A DNA stretch of 57,296 nt, counting the filler, from Sphacelaria rigidula (Eukaryota): NCBI GenBank assembly GCA_964200075.2. It is 6 parts of 6 records of this genome, joined end to end, with 100 filler letters (N's around TTAATTAATTAA, not from the genome) between each part and the next. Parts side by side here need not be neighbours in the genome. Positions count along the whole stretch, not along the records: positions 1 to 9,467 come from CAXNAA020008429.1; positions 9,568 to 19,033 come from CAXNAA020008430.1; 4 more parts are not named here. One strand, given 5' to 3'. Shown piece after piece: positions 1 to 12,285 of this stretch. Positions within the stretch are counted from its first letter, which is position 1. Each line of letters starts with the position of its first letter. A program made the translations under genes and the position numbers. The notes below the pieces were generated by a model that saw nothing but the letters and a program-made list of their open reading frames with translations, had not been told where the DNA came from and searched no databases.

Positions 1-186
1 TAATTGAAACCGCGGAACATGACTTCAACTGGTAGAACGTACGACTCACCGTGATAAAATCTTCCATATTATCGAAAAGGAACAACACTGTGAGGGCGTC
101 TGTCTGTTCTGTCCCTTTTCCCTTCAATTCCAATGTAAGAAAAGATGGGAAATTTGGAGGCGCGATGCGAAGCAGAGCAATCTATA
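1..186. repeat. Dispersed repeat; inverted copy at about 10005-10190
   Basis: 1-186 aligns by eye to the reverse complement of 10005-10190 on a different scaffold (shared gagggcgtctgtctgttctgtccc and gcgcgatgcgaagcagagcaatctata). Confidence 0.85.
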
Positions 187-575
187 AATTACTACGTTTC
201 AGTATAGGACTACGACCCCCCGGAAAATCTCGGGGACGCTATACTGAATGCACGTAATACCATAAAACCAAGCGGCGATCACCCTGCATTTGGAATCCTA
301 GGAAGGCTTATCTGGGCCAGGGATAGGGCCCCCACACGATATTTTCAGAGGCATCACACTCGGCAACAGTCCCCGCGCTGGTCGTTCGGGTCTAGTCGAT
401 AAATTTTGCCTCGCCGTGATTGGGCAGGTCTCTCCCTGACTTGTTTTTCATTTTTTCACTCACACAGGGTCAACCCTGTGCTAATGTGCGGTCGGTCTCA
501 AAAGGGTTGAAGGATCCGATGAGGAGCAGGGGACCCCCTCAACACGTGATTTTACAAATTGGGGATGGAGTTTAA

Positions 576-714
576 CCCTTTGGGAACTAGACGCCCAGGG
601 AGTGCTGATTTTTGTTTTGGTGAATCGGCATAATTTTCAGTAATTTTCAAGTCAAAATGATGCCGATTCACACAGATTCACAAAACAAGCATCAGCACTT
701 GAGTTCCCAAAGGG
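576..714. mobile_element. piggyBac-like MITE (139 bp)
   Basis: TTAA at 572-575 and 715-718 flanks terminal inverted repeats CCCTTTGGGAACT...AGTTCCCAAAGGG. Confidence 0.8.
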
Positions 715-720
715 TTAATT

Positions 721-1076
721 GGCGATGAGAACCCGGAGAATTGAACTATTCGTATCCACACCAAATGTTCAAAATATATGTCCATTTCTTCACTTGCTGG
801 TGGCTATTGACAACTACTACACGAAAAAAAAATGGGTTTCGACAACCGAAATGTTGAGGTCGTAGATGAAAAACAAATTTTGTGGAATTTTGGTGACCCA
901 ATCGGACCCCAAAATTGTTATTTGACCTAGGACCCCAAAATTTCGGTTATCGAAATCCAAATTTCCATGGCGTGTAATATTTGCTAGTAGCAACCAACAA
1001 GTGAAAGAAAAATGGAACCGTACCTGGCAGATTTGGTGTGGATACGAAGATTTTAATTCTCCGGGTTCTCATCCCC
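721..1076. mobile_element. TIR element/MITE with about 43-bp TIRs; partial copy at about 51265-51360
   Basis: gatgagaacccggagaatt...cgtatccacaccaaat at the left end is mirrored at about 1030-1073; the same left end recurs at about 51265. No clear TSD. Confidence 0.7.
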
Positions 1077-2139
1077 AAAAACATCCATCCACAATGTGCA
1101 AGATCACGTGTTTCTCCCATTTCCAGGTAGATTTTATGTTTGTCGCTAGTCACCCGCACCTCAAAAAATAGCTGAAAGTCCGTGCGGGAAAGTGTACGGT
1201 TCAAGTGCGTCCAAAAATTACCCTGTTTTGAGTGTGAACGAAAACTGCTTGGTGTTTTAGCGTCGTTGTGATTCGCAATTTGATTTCAGTGAGAATAATT
1301 TTGACTCCTTTAATTTCGTGTAGCCCCGGCTTGTCCATATGGACTAGTTTACCGCACTGTGGGGTAGTGCCTAGACCAAAATTTGGGGGACCCTTTCGTT
1401 GGGGAGTGTAAGCGTTTTTGTCTCTATTTTTCAACCTTGGCTACGTCTATCTTGCGACTTATTGTTAGTTATTATTAGTTTGTTCGTCACATTAGCTCGA
1501 TTTCTCGACCCCGTGTTCACAGAGTGCAAGGAACATACCACATACCACCCATACCCATAATCAAACAGTCCGCAGAGGAAGGCAAGAAACAAAACATCTG
1601 CACGAAAAAGGTCGCCTACACTACGGAAGATTTGTATCAGACCGGTTGAACTACAAGAGACCTACTTGAACTGTAACCTAAGAAGTCCCCGCGTGTGACC
1701 TCCCCGACTACTTTGCCGCGTACTGGTGTATACAGCGAGTAAGCCGATAATCGAAACTGTCGCGTAGAACAGAGCCCAATCCCGAAAAATATCTACTGTC
1801 TACAATAGAGTGCTGTTGACAGAGATCCTCTGCAGAGCCTGCGCACCGGAGACTGAACAACGTCGTGTATGAAGATCCACAAAAGACAAGAAAAACAAAA
1901 AAAGAAGAGCCGGTGGCAACGAGGAGGGAAAGCCAGGAACTACGATTTCCCCCGGGTTCTGGTCAAGCAGCATCGTCGTGGAAACACAACACGCAGGGCG
2001 TGTCTATCCTACACACGGCATAGCGCTATCAGCAAAAAACATAATCTGTTCAGAGTGTCCTATATTCAACTATGAAAACATGGGATACCATCTGTGTGTA
2101 GTACCCACAACAGCAACTATCAAAAACCCAACAGAATAC

Positions 2140-2440
2140 TATTCCGCCTTTAACGAAATTAGCCGCCAGCTCTGTTCTTTTCTGCTGCAAGGTCCTCTTC
2201 GAAGTTGGCATCCTGACGCACCCATCTTTCCTCACCAGTGTCCATGGCCAACCCAACCGCCCATCCTCGCCGGTGTCCATGATCCCAAACAGTCCTTCCT
2301 TTCGTGATGAAATACTTCCTCCTTCGTTATGCACTCTGGTGCTGGTCTGTAGTAAGTGTCTCGTCCAGGGGGCTTGACCAGATCTAACCCGTCCGTCGAC
2401 GACCGCTCCTCCTCCATCCTTGTCGCCGAAACCAGTGTAC
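2140..2440 (-). mobile_element. Possible degenerate RTE-like LINE 3' fragment
   Basis: Broken minus-strand translation (HLLQTST..SISSRK..LFG..DGRL) loosely resembles the post-RT region of RTE LINEs. Weak. Confidence 0.25.
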
Positions 2441-3617
2441 ACGCCGGCACACGCTCCTTTGTATCAAGCGTGTGCGTGCCAACTTTCGACAGCGGTGTCA
2501 TCTGCCTCCGCGCACACACCGTATCCCAACATGCCCGCACTCAGGGTGTCGACACATTATACTGCTTGTAACCCAGGATATGCCCGCACTCGGGTGTTGG
2601 CATATTTTACCGCTGCGCTACAACAGGGGTGGGTGTGACTGATGAGCATCGTGCTGACCCAACTCTATCACCACACTACAGCCTTGGCCGAGGGTAGTAG
2701 TGAGAAGAAATCACTCCTTGAAGGTGATTCCGGCCCTAAACCCGCCGAAAATACCCTCCCCATGCCGTACCGACAAGACCGGTCATGGCCTTCATCGGAG
2801 GACGGGGGAACGGAGGTTTTAATGAAAGATGCGATAATTGTATGTATATCAATCACTGCTGCCGACAGCTCGCATGTTCAGTACTTTTATTTTTTTGCTG
2901 ACGTCGCAGCCTGGCGGGCAGAAGACACACCGCCGCTTGTTTCACCCCGGTCGGGGGTCGGCCTCATTCCTTGTCACCCCGGTCGGCCTCATTCCTGTCG
3001 CGTGCACTATCCCCGCGTAAACAAGAGTGCTTTGCACTTGAATGCAACATGGGGCCTTGAAAAATAGTGGTGAATGACTTTCACGTTAACCCTTCAATCG
3101 TCAGAGTGTGTCATATCTTTGAAGCGGCATGATATTTTGCTTGAACAGTAAATTTGAGGCCCAAATTACTCCATCCGAGCGGTAATGCAATTTAGAATTT
3201 GATACCCTTGACGGCATACGCACGAGACAACAGAGCCCCCCGAATACACCGGGGGTACTGAATCGCTCCACAGAAATTATTGCAGAGTGGTCCGTGCTAT
3301 GGTACACGTTTTGCTCGGCACGCGAAGCTTTTGTGGCTGCTCGGTTGCAATGGGCTAAGGAACAAACGCTGGACATTTTCGCCTCTGAATTTACAGCGAT
3401 GGCAACATAGTCACCAGCGTTTGGCTTGACGTGCGCGAAACGCAGAAAACCAGTATACTGAAGAATATCACCTGGGGTTGAGTACAGGCTCAAACCCCGA
3501 AGTTTTCATGACCATTGTTCAAGCCTTGTATTGTCATCGCTTGTCGTCAATGGTTTATGGCAAATGCCCTCGTGAAGGGCTGTGGATTGAAGGCGTACCG
3601 CACAGTCATAAGAACTA

Positions 3618-4167
3618 CAGTAGTGGGCGGTCTAACTATTCATTTTGAGGCATTATGTGATTTCTTCGTACTTGGCGATTTTCTTGGGCTCTTTTTGCTT
3701 GTCACCGCTTGTCACATTGAGGATTTGAAGATATTTGTATCCGCTCCACATTCCAAGAAAAAAAAATCATCGGCACTCAATATTGAGTGACTTACGGGCT
3801 GACCGGTCATCGGAGGTCCTGCGACGTTCCAGCCCAGATTTTTACTTTTCGGTATTTTCGGTCGATCGAGCCTCTCCCGATCATATTTCTGAAAAAATGT
3901 ACAGTTTCATTTTTTTGAGATGTTCCCTTCTCATTGCACCAGAGCCGAAAAACCGTGTTTCACGGTCAATGACACCCTCCTGATGAACGGGGTATTTAAT
4001 CGTTTCGCCCGATAACACCAACTAGCACTGACTTGGGCACTGTGTTTCGAGGGTGATCTCTTTATTGTACCAAAATCTACCGACGCTAGCAATTTCGAGC
4101 TCTATCAAAGAGTAGAACGCGAGGAATACCCCAAAACCCTGCTAAATAGTTAGACCGCCCACTACTG
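3618..4167. mobile_element. Tc1/mariner-type MITE (550 bp), copy 1
   Basis: TIR CAGTAGTGGGCGGTCTAACTATT...AATAGTTAGACCGCCCACTACTG, flanked by TA at 3616-3617 and 4168-4169; full-length homologue at 10589-11140. Confidence 0.9.
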
Positions 4168-4921
4168 TACTACCAGTTGTGGAGGTGCGCTTTTCGAAGA
4201 CTCCCACGGCACCCTGGCGGGCGAACACAAGTAGTGCAGGAAGTGGTGTTTTGCGTTTTTTCTCATCATTTCTTGTTTTGCCTTCGCTGCCTTTACCTCT
4301 GTTGCTCCCTTTCCCGCTCAATGTGGTTCCTTTTTATTTTTATTTTTATACCTCCAATCGAGTTGTACTCCCATGTTTTTGTCGTCAAGTTTCCATGACG
4401 GAGAGATGAATCCATGATGGTGAAGAGCAGTGCTTACGCATTGGCCGTTGAGATATGGTTGGCAGAGCGTTCTCAGACATTTATGACTTCGAAATAACGC
4501 TAGCCCTAGCCCTAACCCTAACCCCAACCAAAGCATGCGGGTTCTCTTGGGCAAAGGGGATGCGAAGGTTGCTCTGGGCAATGCGTGCATTGGCAGACCT
4601 CAAATCGGCGCTGCAAGGAGCATTTGAGATTGTTGGCCCCTCTAAAGATCCGAGTATCGTTTGTTCACTCTCAAATCAAGTAATCAACCCAATCAACCAT
4701 TTGTTTTTACGACCAATGCGTGAGCTCTACAAATCGTGAGTGGCGAAGGCGCTTTTGTTGTATCAGTTGATGCGTGCCGGGTTTTTTTTCCCCGTGATTT
4801 CTTGCCTTTTGTTTAGCTCTTGACTTGATCGTATACTATTAGTACAACTGTCATCGTTGGTGTTGTTGGTTTGCATTACTTCAGTTGCTTTCGTCTGCCA
4901 AAACAAAATGCCATGCCATAG

Positions 4922-5029
4922 AGAGGAACCGGTTTTAGTGGAAGGCGACGCCACCTCGACTCGGCAAGAGAACAAGATCGAAGTGCTGCGGCGGTACAAG
5001 TTCTACCTGGCTTTCGAGAACAACGACAA
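4922..5029 (+). CDS. GT10 alpha-1,3/4-fucosyltransferase, internal exon A
   Basis: catag acceptor; translates EEPVLVEGDATSTRQENKIEVLRRYKFYLAFENND(K), containing the GT10 YKFxLAFEN motif; gtgagt donor, phase 2. Confidence 0.9.
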
Positions 5030-5045
5030 GTGAGTTGAGCTAGGG

Positions 5046-5309
5046 AACACTTTCCACCATAGCCCCCCCCCCCAAAAAAAAAAACAAATGGCTGGTTTGG
5101 GAAGGCAAAGTCTGCACGATCATCGAAAGGGAAAAAGCCGAGCACAACGAGCAGCTGGGAATTCCCACGCTTCGATTCGGTTTCGCCAACGTCGCCCGTA
5201 TGAGGCGCTTCATGCGGCCTGAACCCAAATATCAGGCGCTATATGACTATTTTATCCGTGACACTTTTAGGCTGTTTTTTTTGGGGGGGGGGCTATCGTA
5301 GAAAGTGTC
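5046..5309. mobile_element. MITE with 4-bp TSD (Sola-like), family B, intronic; partial copy at about 47616-47731
   Basis: TIR (g/a)acactttc(t/c)ac(g/c)atagCCCC...; direct repeat AGGG at 5042-5045 and 5310-5313. Confidence 0.75.
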
Positions 5310-5798
5310 AGGGTAGGGTGCCTTTTGGGTGGCCGTGCTTGTACCGAACATTTGGGGCTTCACACGATCCCGGAGACTCGAATCCGTGGTCGAGCATACT
5401 TTGTGTTAGCTAACCCCTACCACTAGCGCTGATCGAAACACAAATCCAAGGTCACCGAGGAAGCAATAAGTAAGGGAAGGGGCATAGGGTACCTACCGTA
5501 GGCGAAGTGCGCGTTGGCAAAGTTCAGATGGACGCCTGCGGATCCGATACGACCTACACGGCGGGCGAGCCTTCGACACTGCTGAGTCTCGTGGTTGCCC
5601 AGATACGATGACCCATGGTAAAATCAACTGTGTTCCAATGAGAACAAATCTGTAGGCAAGCTACATGAAGGGGGGTGATATCAAGAGTTATTGGTGTCAA
5701 ATGTGTACACGATAATCATGATGTTGTAGATGGACATCGACCCGACTATCTCATGACGGAGGTGACATGAAATACCGCGGGACATTTGTGGGACACAG

Positions 5799-5913
5799 GC
5801 TAGACGACTACGTGACGGAGAAGGTGTACAACGGACTACAGGCCGGCACCTTGCCCGTGTACTGGGGAGCGGCTAACATCCAAGACTATGTTCCAAGGGG
5901 CTCTGTCGTTCAG
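5799..5913 (+). CDS. GT10 fucosyltransferase, internal exon B
   Basis: acag acceptor, phase matches exon A (AA+G=K); LDDYVTEKVYNGLQAGTLPVYWGAANIQDYVPRGSVVQ contains the DYVTEK...PVYWGA motif; gt donor at 5914. Confidence 0.92.
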
Positions 5914-7750
5914 GTGTGACGATGGTGCTGTATATCGTGATGGCTTGTAGTCCTTCGAGCCACGTGAGGTGGTCTTTATCCAGTATTCACGACCACGTTC
6001 AATTCATGTGTGGCGGATTTTCGGAAGCAAAGTACCTCGTCAGGCGATGTCGTCAGCTCTTGAGCAACGACTCAGAGCCGAAGAATGAATCGTTACAGGA
6101 TTAGCTTGCACAGCAGGTTTTGGGAAAACGACCAATATTCATGAGTAGGAACTGGGCCGGCGTAGAGCAGCTCTAGGCGCTGGACCAGCTTCGCTCAGAT
6201 CGGGTTTTAGGGATAGGAAGATGGGATTTTGACACGAGATTTATATCTACTACGCACAATCGCAGTGGAGTAGCCAAAACCTAAGAGAAGAATTGGAAAA
6301 TCAGAGCTGGTTCAAGGTTCTTCCGAAGAATAGGAAAAATCGCGTGACTCAACATATATGTAAATATCCTTGGCTACTTTCAGTACGTTTTTGCGTGTTG
6401 ACGTGCAAACGTAGGTGTAAACTTTACCTCGAAATTCCCCGAATCAAAGCATGCATTCCACTTGTTGTATCTCAACGCGCGACTGCGATCGCGGGTAACA
6501 GTCACCTCGTAAGTCATACGTTTTACTCGTGGGCCAGAAAAGGGCCCTGTTTTTCGCGACATCATCGTCGAAGCGTGACTAATCGACCAGCAGTCAAAGC
6601 ATCTCAGCATCAGGCTGGGCTGCATGCACTTCACAGCGACGCGTTCACGTCCGGCTGATTCGTTGAACTTGAGAGCAGTTGTCGTGTGCTGGATAAACGT
6701 GATCCTGTAGGTTGGCCCACCAAAACGTTTGAATGTAATCGTCTTCAGAAGCCCGTCTGATTTGCTTTAGCTACGTATATACCGAAAGGTGGAGACTGGT
6801 CTCCAGAATAGATGGGATGGTAACACACGCAGGTGATGTGATCTTATGACCTTGATCTCCATCTTCGAAGAAGTCATCCTCATCTCAAACCCCTCGGGGA
6901 GCGTGTTCAGTTTGAAGGTGGCGTGCCAGATTTGACTGATCGGACGCCCAACACGAGAGATGCCTCCTCCGAATGCCCGTTCGACTATTTGACTTACGAG
7001 GCTTGCTACATTTTGTGCTCCAGCTTGTTTAATCTTTACTTTCCTGTTTTCTTCCGTGCTGCTCTTTATTGTTGCTTTGCCTTCTCGCAGTTGTTATCGA
7101 TCTTGTTCTCGCCCATCGTTACTGGTGTCCCAACACATGAACAACACCCGAAGAAACAGACTGATACATATATATATATATATATATACAAGGTTCCCCT
7201 TCGGGAGGTTGTACGGGCCTCCCGGGGGTGACGAAAGTCGAAAGTAAAAAATATACTTCGTACGAGTATGCCTTGCTAGCAGAGAAAGCGTGGGGGAAAA
7301 TGCCTTGCTGGCAGAGAAAACTCGGCAAAAGTGGTGAACATGTGAAATGATACATGTACATAATACACATGGGTTGAATGAAGGGAGAAAAAGCGCGCGA
7401 GTCATCGCTTTGTCCGCTTCGATCGAATAAGTATATATTGACCTCCGCGAAAAATAAACAGACGTGGACAAACGAACACAACTGATGAGGGAGCCTCCAA
7501 TTACATAGAACGATGTTTCCGTGAGATTGAGAGTAGAGGATACGGTTGAGATGGAAAAGCGGTCAATTAGTAATTTAATCGTTTCAGTTCCGAAATATCC
7601 CTCCGCGAGGCCCTTACCGAAGCAGCGGGTTAACCAAGGCTAACTCACAGTTATTAACCTGCGAAGCACCGGCACAAAGATGATCCTGTAAAGTCAGTGG
7701 TGTGCCAAAAGCAAAAAAACTGTTTTTCGGAACAAAATCTGACCGTTTTA

Positions 7751-7934
7751 CCCTCTAGTGCGCACTGCTGCAGCGCACAGCACCAGATATAGCGACTTGG
7801 AACTGTTGACTGTGGTTTGCACAGCCTATGAGCGATGTTTCAGCGCCTCGCAGCGGCTGCAGCGCGCTTAAGGCCGTGGGCCATGAAGTGCGCAGCTCAA
7901 CAGACTGTATTCCGATCGGTGCACTAGAGATGGT
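7751..7934. mobile_element. Degenerate piggyBac-like MITE
   Basis: Short TIR ctctagtgc...gcactagag with eroded TTAA/CCC-like flanks. Confidence 0.4.
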
Positions 7935-9024
7935 TATGATCCAAAAAGGACCGCAGTACAGACCGGTGCCAGTTTGCTACCGCGTCGGCCGTCCAGTCGA
8001 TCAACATGTCTAAGTTTATGCATCTACGCATGCATGTATGCATTCGCCGGTAGTGCGACGCTGGTAGACCTAAAGAAATGTACATAAACGACGATTGGTA
8101 CTCGATTTGATTTGGTTTCAGAGTGAAGAACGTTCTGAGAAAAATCATGATTTGGGGCAGGTGAGCAGTTGTATGCAGTAGAACCAGGTCGTCCAGAACG
8201 TGTTTTGGTCCAAAATCGGCACAAAAGCGTCGATTTGAGCTCTCGAAAGGCGTCGATTCGAATTCTTGTAACGTACGCTTTAGCTACGAAACTGCACCCC
8301 CCTTGCCCGAAAGTTCTCGGTATGCCTTGGTCGATGTTAGTGCTAGGGATAGCGTTAGGGTTGGTGGCATCTCCATAGCACTAATGATTGATTACGTACA
8401 TTTCTTCAAGCCCCCAGTACTTGTGCAGGGATGCATCCTTGTCCCAAGGACATTCTTGCGCCGGTACTTCACACAGGTGCATTCTTTGAGGGAACGCTCT
8501 GTTACGGGTTGCATGACCACAGGGATTTGGTCACCCCCCTGCGCTTGTCGAGCACAGCTGACCGACAGCGAGGACGTTTGCCCACGTGTGTGCCTTGTTC
8601 AACTCTCCAACACCTCATTGCACGGTCTTGGTTTTGCTGGTGACTAAGGCGGGCAATGTTCAATTGTTTTCAACTACTTTGCTTTCATGTTCTTGTGACA
8701 TTCGCTACACAACCGCTGTCTTCGTACTCCCGAATCAACGAGAACGCGAAGAAATACCCCGCCATGAACAGGCTTTTGTGGTTCGGGTTCTTGTTTCAAG
8801 TTTTCCATGATGAGGCTCTTGTGGTTCGGGATCGGCACCCCGTAAAAAAGAGCCAGTGTGGGCCACTTTCTATGGCCAGAACACGCGCCACAGGTATCAG
8901 ATGACACCCAAACCTGAAAGGTAATGTACCGCTACAACTTCTTCGTGCACTGCAAAAGAAAGCGCGTGATGAGATGCCTTGCCGCCTGAGGAAACTCGGC
9001 AAAAGTGGTGAAAAAATTGAAATG

Positions 9025-9195
9025 ATACATGTACATGTACATGTATGTATACATATGCATACATATGTACGTACAAACATCCATACACATACATACATAC
9101 GTATATGCATACAGTACATACGTACACATACGTATATACACGAATAATACATACATGCACACATAAATACATACATACGTTCGTATTCATGTATA
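9025..9195. repeat. Degenerate (TACA)n microsatellite at the end of a short dispersed repeat also present at about 7290-7370
   Basis: Runs of tacatacatac; the preceding aaactcggcaaaagtggtgaa...gaaatgatacatgtaca occurs at both about 7316 and about 8992. Confidence 0.8.
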
Positions 9196-9215
9196 TATTG
9201 TGGGGTATCGTTCAG

Positions 9216-9341
9216 GCGCGCGACTTCGCAAGCCCCGAAGCTCTCGCAGAGCATCTGCGCCATCTGTCGTCGGACGAATCGGCTTACGAGGAGTACTTTC
9301 GGTGGCGGGGCAATTCAACAGAAGCGGACAGATTCCAACAG
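9216..9341 (+). CDS. GT10 fucosyltransferase, internal exon C
   Basis: ttcag acceptor, phase 0; ARDFASPEALAEHLRHLSSDESAYEEYFRWRGNSTEADRFQQ matches the GT10 C-terminal DFxSxxxLAxxL...YxxYFxWR pattern; gtaccg donor. Confidence 0.9.
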
Positions 9342-9467
9342 GTACCGTATAAAGCGTGTTGAAATTTCGTTGCCTCCGTACTTTTATTACCCCCCAGCCC
9401 CCAGTACGCCCCCCCCCCCCAGCGTTTACTAGGGACGAGTTTGTAGCCTAGAAGGATCGTCAACCCC

Positions 9468-9567
9468 NNNNNNNNNNNNNNNNNNNNNNNNNNNNNNNNN
9501 NNNNNNNNNNNTTAATTAATTAANNNNNNNNNNNNNNNNNNNNNNNNNNNNNNNNNNNNNNNNNNNN
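9468..9567. other. Artificial scaffold-joining linker
   Basis: N44-TTAATTAATTAA-N44, exactly 100 bp, with stops in all six frames. Confidence 0.97.
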
Positions 9568-9623
9568 GTTTTAGGCTTGAACCTCATCTCGAAGTTAAAC
9601 CTCAATTCGCACAATTTGTTGTT

Positions 9624-10005
9624 GTAGGTTGAAGAAAACGGAGGGTTAGCTTTTGTATTTCATGCCCATGTCCGGGCTGCGTTATAGTAGGTTATAGATA
9701 AAGAAGGGTCAGCCTCTCTATTTCATTTTCATGTCCGAGCTGTGTTATGGTAGGTTGAAGAAAAAGGAGGGTTAGCTTCTCTATTCCATATCTATGCCCC
9801 GGCTCTGTTATGGTAGGTTGACGAAAAAGGAGGGTCAGCTTCTGTGTTCCATGTCTATGTCTGGGCTGTGCTATAGTAGGTTAACAAAAAAGGCGGGTCA
9901 GCTTCTGTATTCCATGTCTATGTTCGGGCTGTGTTATGGTAGGTGAAAGAAAAAGGAGGGCTAGCTTCTCTATTCCATGTCTGTATCCGGGTTGTGTCAT
10001 TATGG
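9624..10005. repeat. 63-bp tandem minisatellite, about 6 units
   Basis: Unit gtaggttgaagaaaaaggagggttagcttctctattccatgtctatgtccgggctgtgttatg starts at 9624, 9687, 9750, 9813, 9876 and 9939. Confidence 0.92.
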
Positions 10006-10588
10006 TATAGATTGCTCTGCTTCGCATCGCGCCTCCGATTTTCCAATCCTTTCCTACATTGGAATGGGATGGGAAAGGGACAGAACAGACAGACGCCCTC
10101 ACAGTTTTGTTCCTTTTCGATAATATGAAAGCTTTAATTACGGTGAGGTGTACGTTCTACTAGTTGAAGTCATGTTCCGTAGTTTCAATTATCTCGAGCT
10201 CAGACAGGAGTTCATCGCGGGAAGAGGGTTGGGCACTGTTAGCTTCAACAGCTCGCTTCACGGACGATGCCGCACATGGGAGAAAGCTGCATGACGCATG
10301 ACATTCGTCACAGCATACGTTATAAGCGTTGTTTGCTGAAAGGATTCATGTATCCACTAGAACAGGGCGAGTTAGTGCAGGGTTCTCTAGGTACGGGTCC
10401 CACTTTGTGCCCATCGATATTGAAAACACATCCTCGTTTGTTGTACACGAAATATGCTGTCTGCTGCTATGTGTTCGACACTGCGCGCCAACCGCGACGT
10501 TACGCCTTCGGTGGTACTATCTGCTCACTACACAGCGGCAGGGTTCAGGGTGACCAAGCACACCGCAGAACGCCACATTCTCAGCCTA

Positions 10589-11140
10589 CAATAGTGGGCG
10601 GTCTAACTATTTATTTTGTGGCATTTTGTGATTTTTTCGTAATTGGCGATTTTCTCGGGCTCTTTCCGCTTGCCACCCCCTATCACATCGGTGATCTCAA
10701 GATATTTGTATTCGCTCCACATTCGAAGAAGAAAAAATCATCTGTACTCGATATTGAGTGACTTACGGGCTGACCGGTCATCGGGGGTCCTGCCACGTTT
10801 CAGCCCAGATTCTTAGTCTTCTGTATTTTCGGTCGACCGATCCCGTCCCGATCATATTTGTGAGAAAATGTACAGTTTCACTTTCTTGAAATTCTGCCTA
10901 CTCAGTGTTTTAGGGCCGAAACACTGTGTTTCACGGTCAATAACACCCTCCTGATGAACGGGGTATGTACTCGTTTCGCTCGATCACACCGAATAAAACT
11001 GACTTGGGCATTGTGTTTAGAAGATGATCTGTTCTGTTGTACTCAAATCTACCGACGCTAACAATTTCGAGTTTTATCGAAGAGTAGTAGGCGAGGAAAA
11101 ATCCAAAAACACCCCAAAATAGTTAGACCGCCCACTACTG
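10589..11140. mobile_element. Tc1/mariner-type MITE, copy 2
   Basis: Same TIR as 3618-4167, TA on both flanks, collinear internal similarity. Confidence 0.9.
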
Positions 11141-12054
11141 TATCCCTGTGCTGCATTGATTTCGCGCTCCCCTATGCAGTTCGCCACATCATGCACGCAA
11201 TCACTTGTGCTGCGGTCAACGTGCACGCGGGATATCATTTTGTAAAGCTCTTCGTGTTGCAGCTACAGCGTGCGTTTGCCCTAGGTTGCGCGCGCAGGAG
11301 TGGAAGGCCGCCTCTGCTGCTGTCATGGCTGCCTGTATCTTGAGCGAGGCTGTATGGTAACACAGCCGCTATGGCGCGAAAGCCGCCTGAAGAATTTGAT
11401 ACCCTCGAGATTTTTACACACCGTTGTTGTCTCGAAGTGTAGCATTGCAGTTACCGACTTGAGGTGCGAGTATTACACAAATTGTAGTCGCCAATGTTTC
11501 CTGTACTGTGTGCAGAACACTTCTGACACCGTGTTCGTACCGACTGTAGAATCTTCGTCCAGGATCTGGGACATTTCAACATGATACAGGAATCTGATAC
11601 ATTTTGACATAAAATCTGGCGAGGTGAGATGGTGAAAAAATCCACTATATCTGGGCGAACTGCAAGTGAGGCAATCGCCAAAATATTCACCTGTGAACTT
11701 CGCAACAGTGCACTGTAAGTTGATATCGGTAGAAGGACATTACCATAACGTATAATTGTAACCTTAACCTTGTTTGGTTTTGAAAACCGTCGATCCTGAG
11801 GCGTTTCGAACTACGATGCGGACCTCAAAAGGCCGTGTTTCAACGAAACAAGGGTACTGATGATCATTTCGTGACAGTGATAGTGAAGTGACGGTTCACA
11901 ACTTCATGATCACGAGAAATCACGCGCCGGTCTCATCGAGTATGCTAGGGTGGGAAACAAGTGATGCAGAAACGATAAAACAGCACGCGAACAGGCCAGC
12001 GACTTCAAGGAGGGCGGCAATCACGCGCAAGGGGGTACGGGTATTGTCGTAGGC

Positions 12055-12285
12055 CGAAACGCGGACCGCGTTCCGCACGAGAAGGAGAAGAAGCCACAGC
12101 AGCAGTATCAGCAGCATATTTGCTGCCAGTAGATGTACGCAGCTGGGGGTGGGTTAAATCAGCCGGTGCCGATACTGCCGCTGCTGCTGCTGCTGCTGTC
12201 GCTGCTGCTGCCGTTTTTCCTCATGGGGGAAACGGTCCGCGTTTCAATCGTGCAACAACAGCCACGCACCTTACGCACGGGACCG
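12055..12285. repeat. Dispersed palindromic repeat with CAG/CTG tracts; second copy at about 16030-16330
   Basis: Shared ccgcacgagaag...cagcagtatcagcagcatattt, ccagtagatgtacgc, and acggtccgcgttt...caaca...cgcacctt. Confidence 0.7.

Noticed and set aside
5360..5430. tRNA-like segment on the minus strand
   Set aside because: Only a loose B-box resemblance; no cloverleaf.
8796..9263. ORFs rich in M/Y/V/C (155, 97 and 76 aa)
   Set aside because: They are translations of a TACA microsatellite inside the GT10 intron.
9624..10005. 63-bp repeats as a CRISPR array
   Set aside because: The units are head-to-tail with no unique spacers, no cas genes are present, and the context is eukaryotic.
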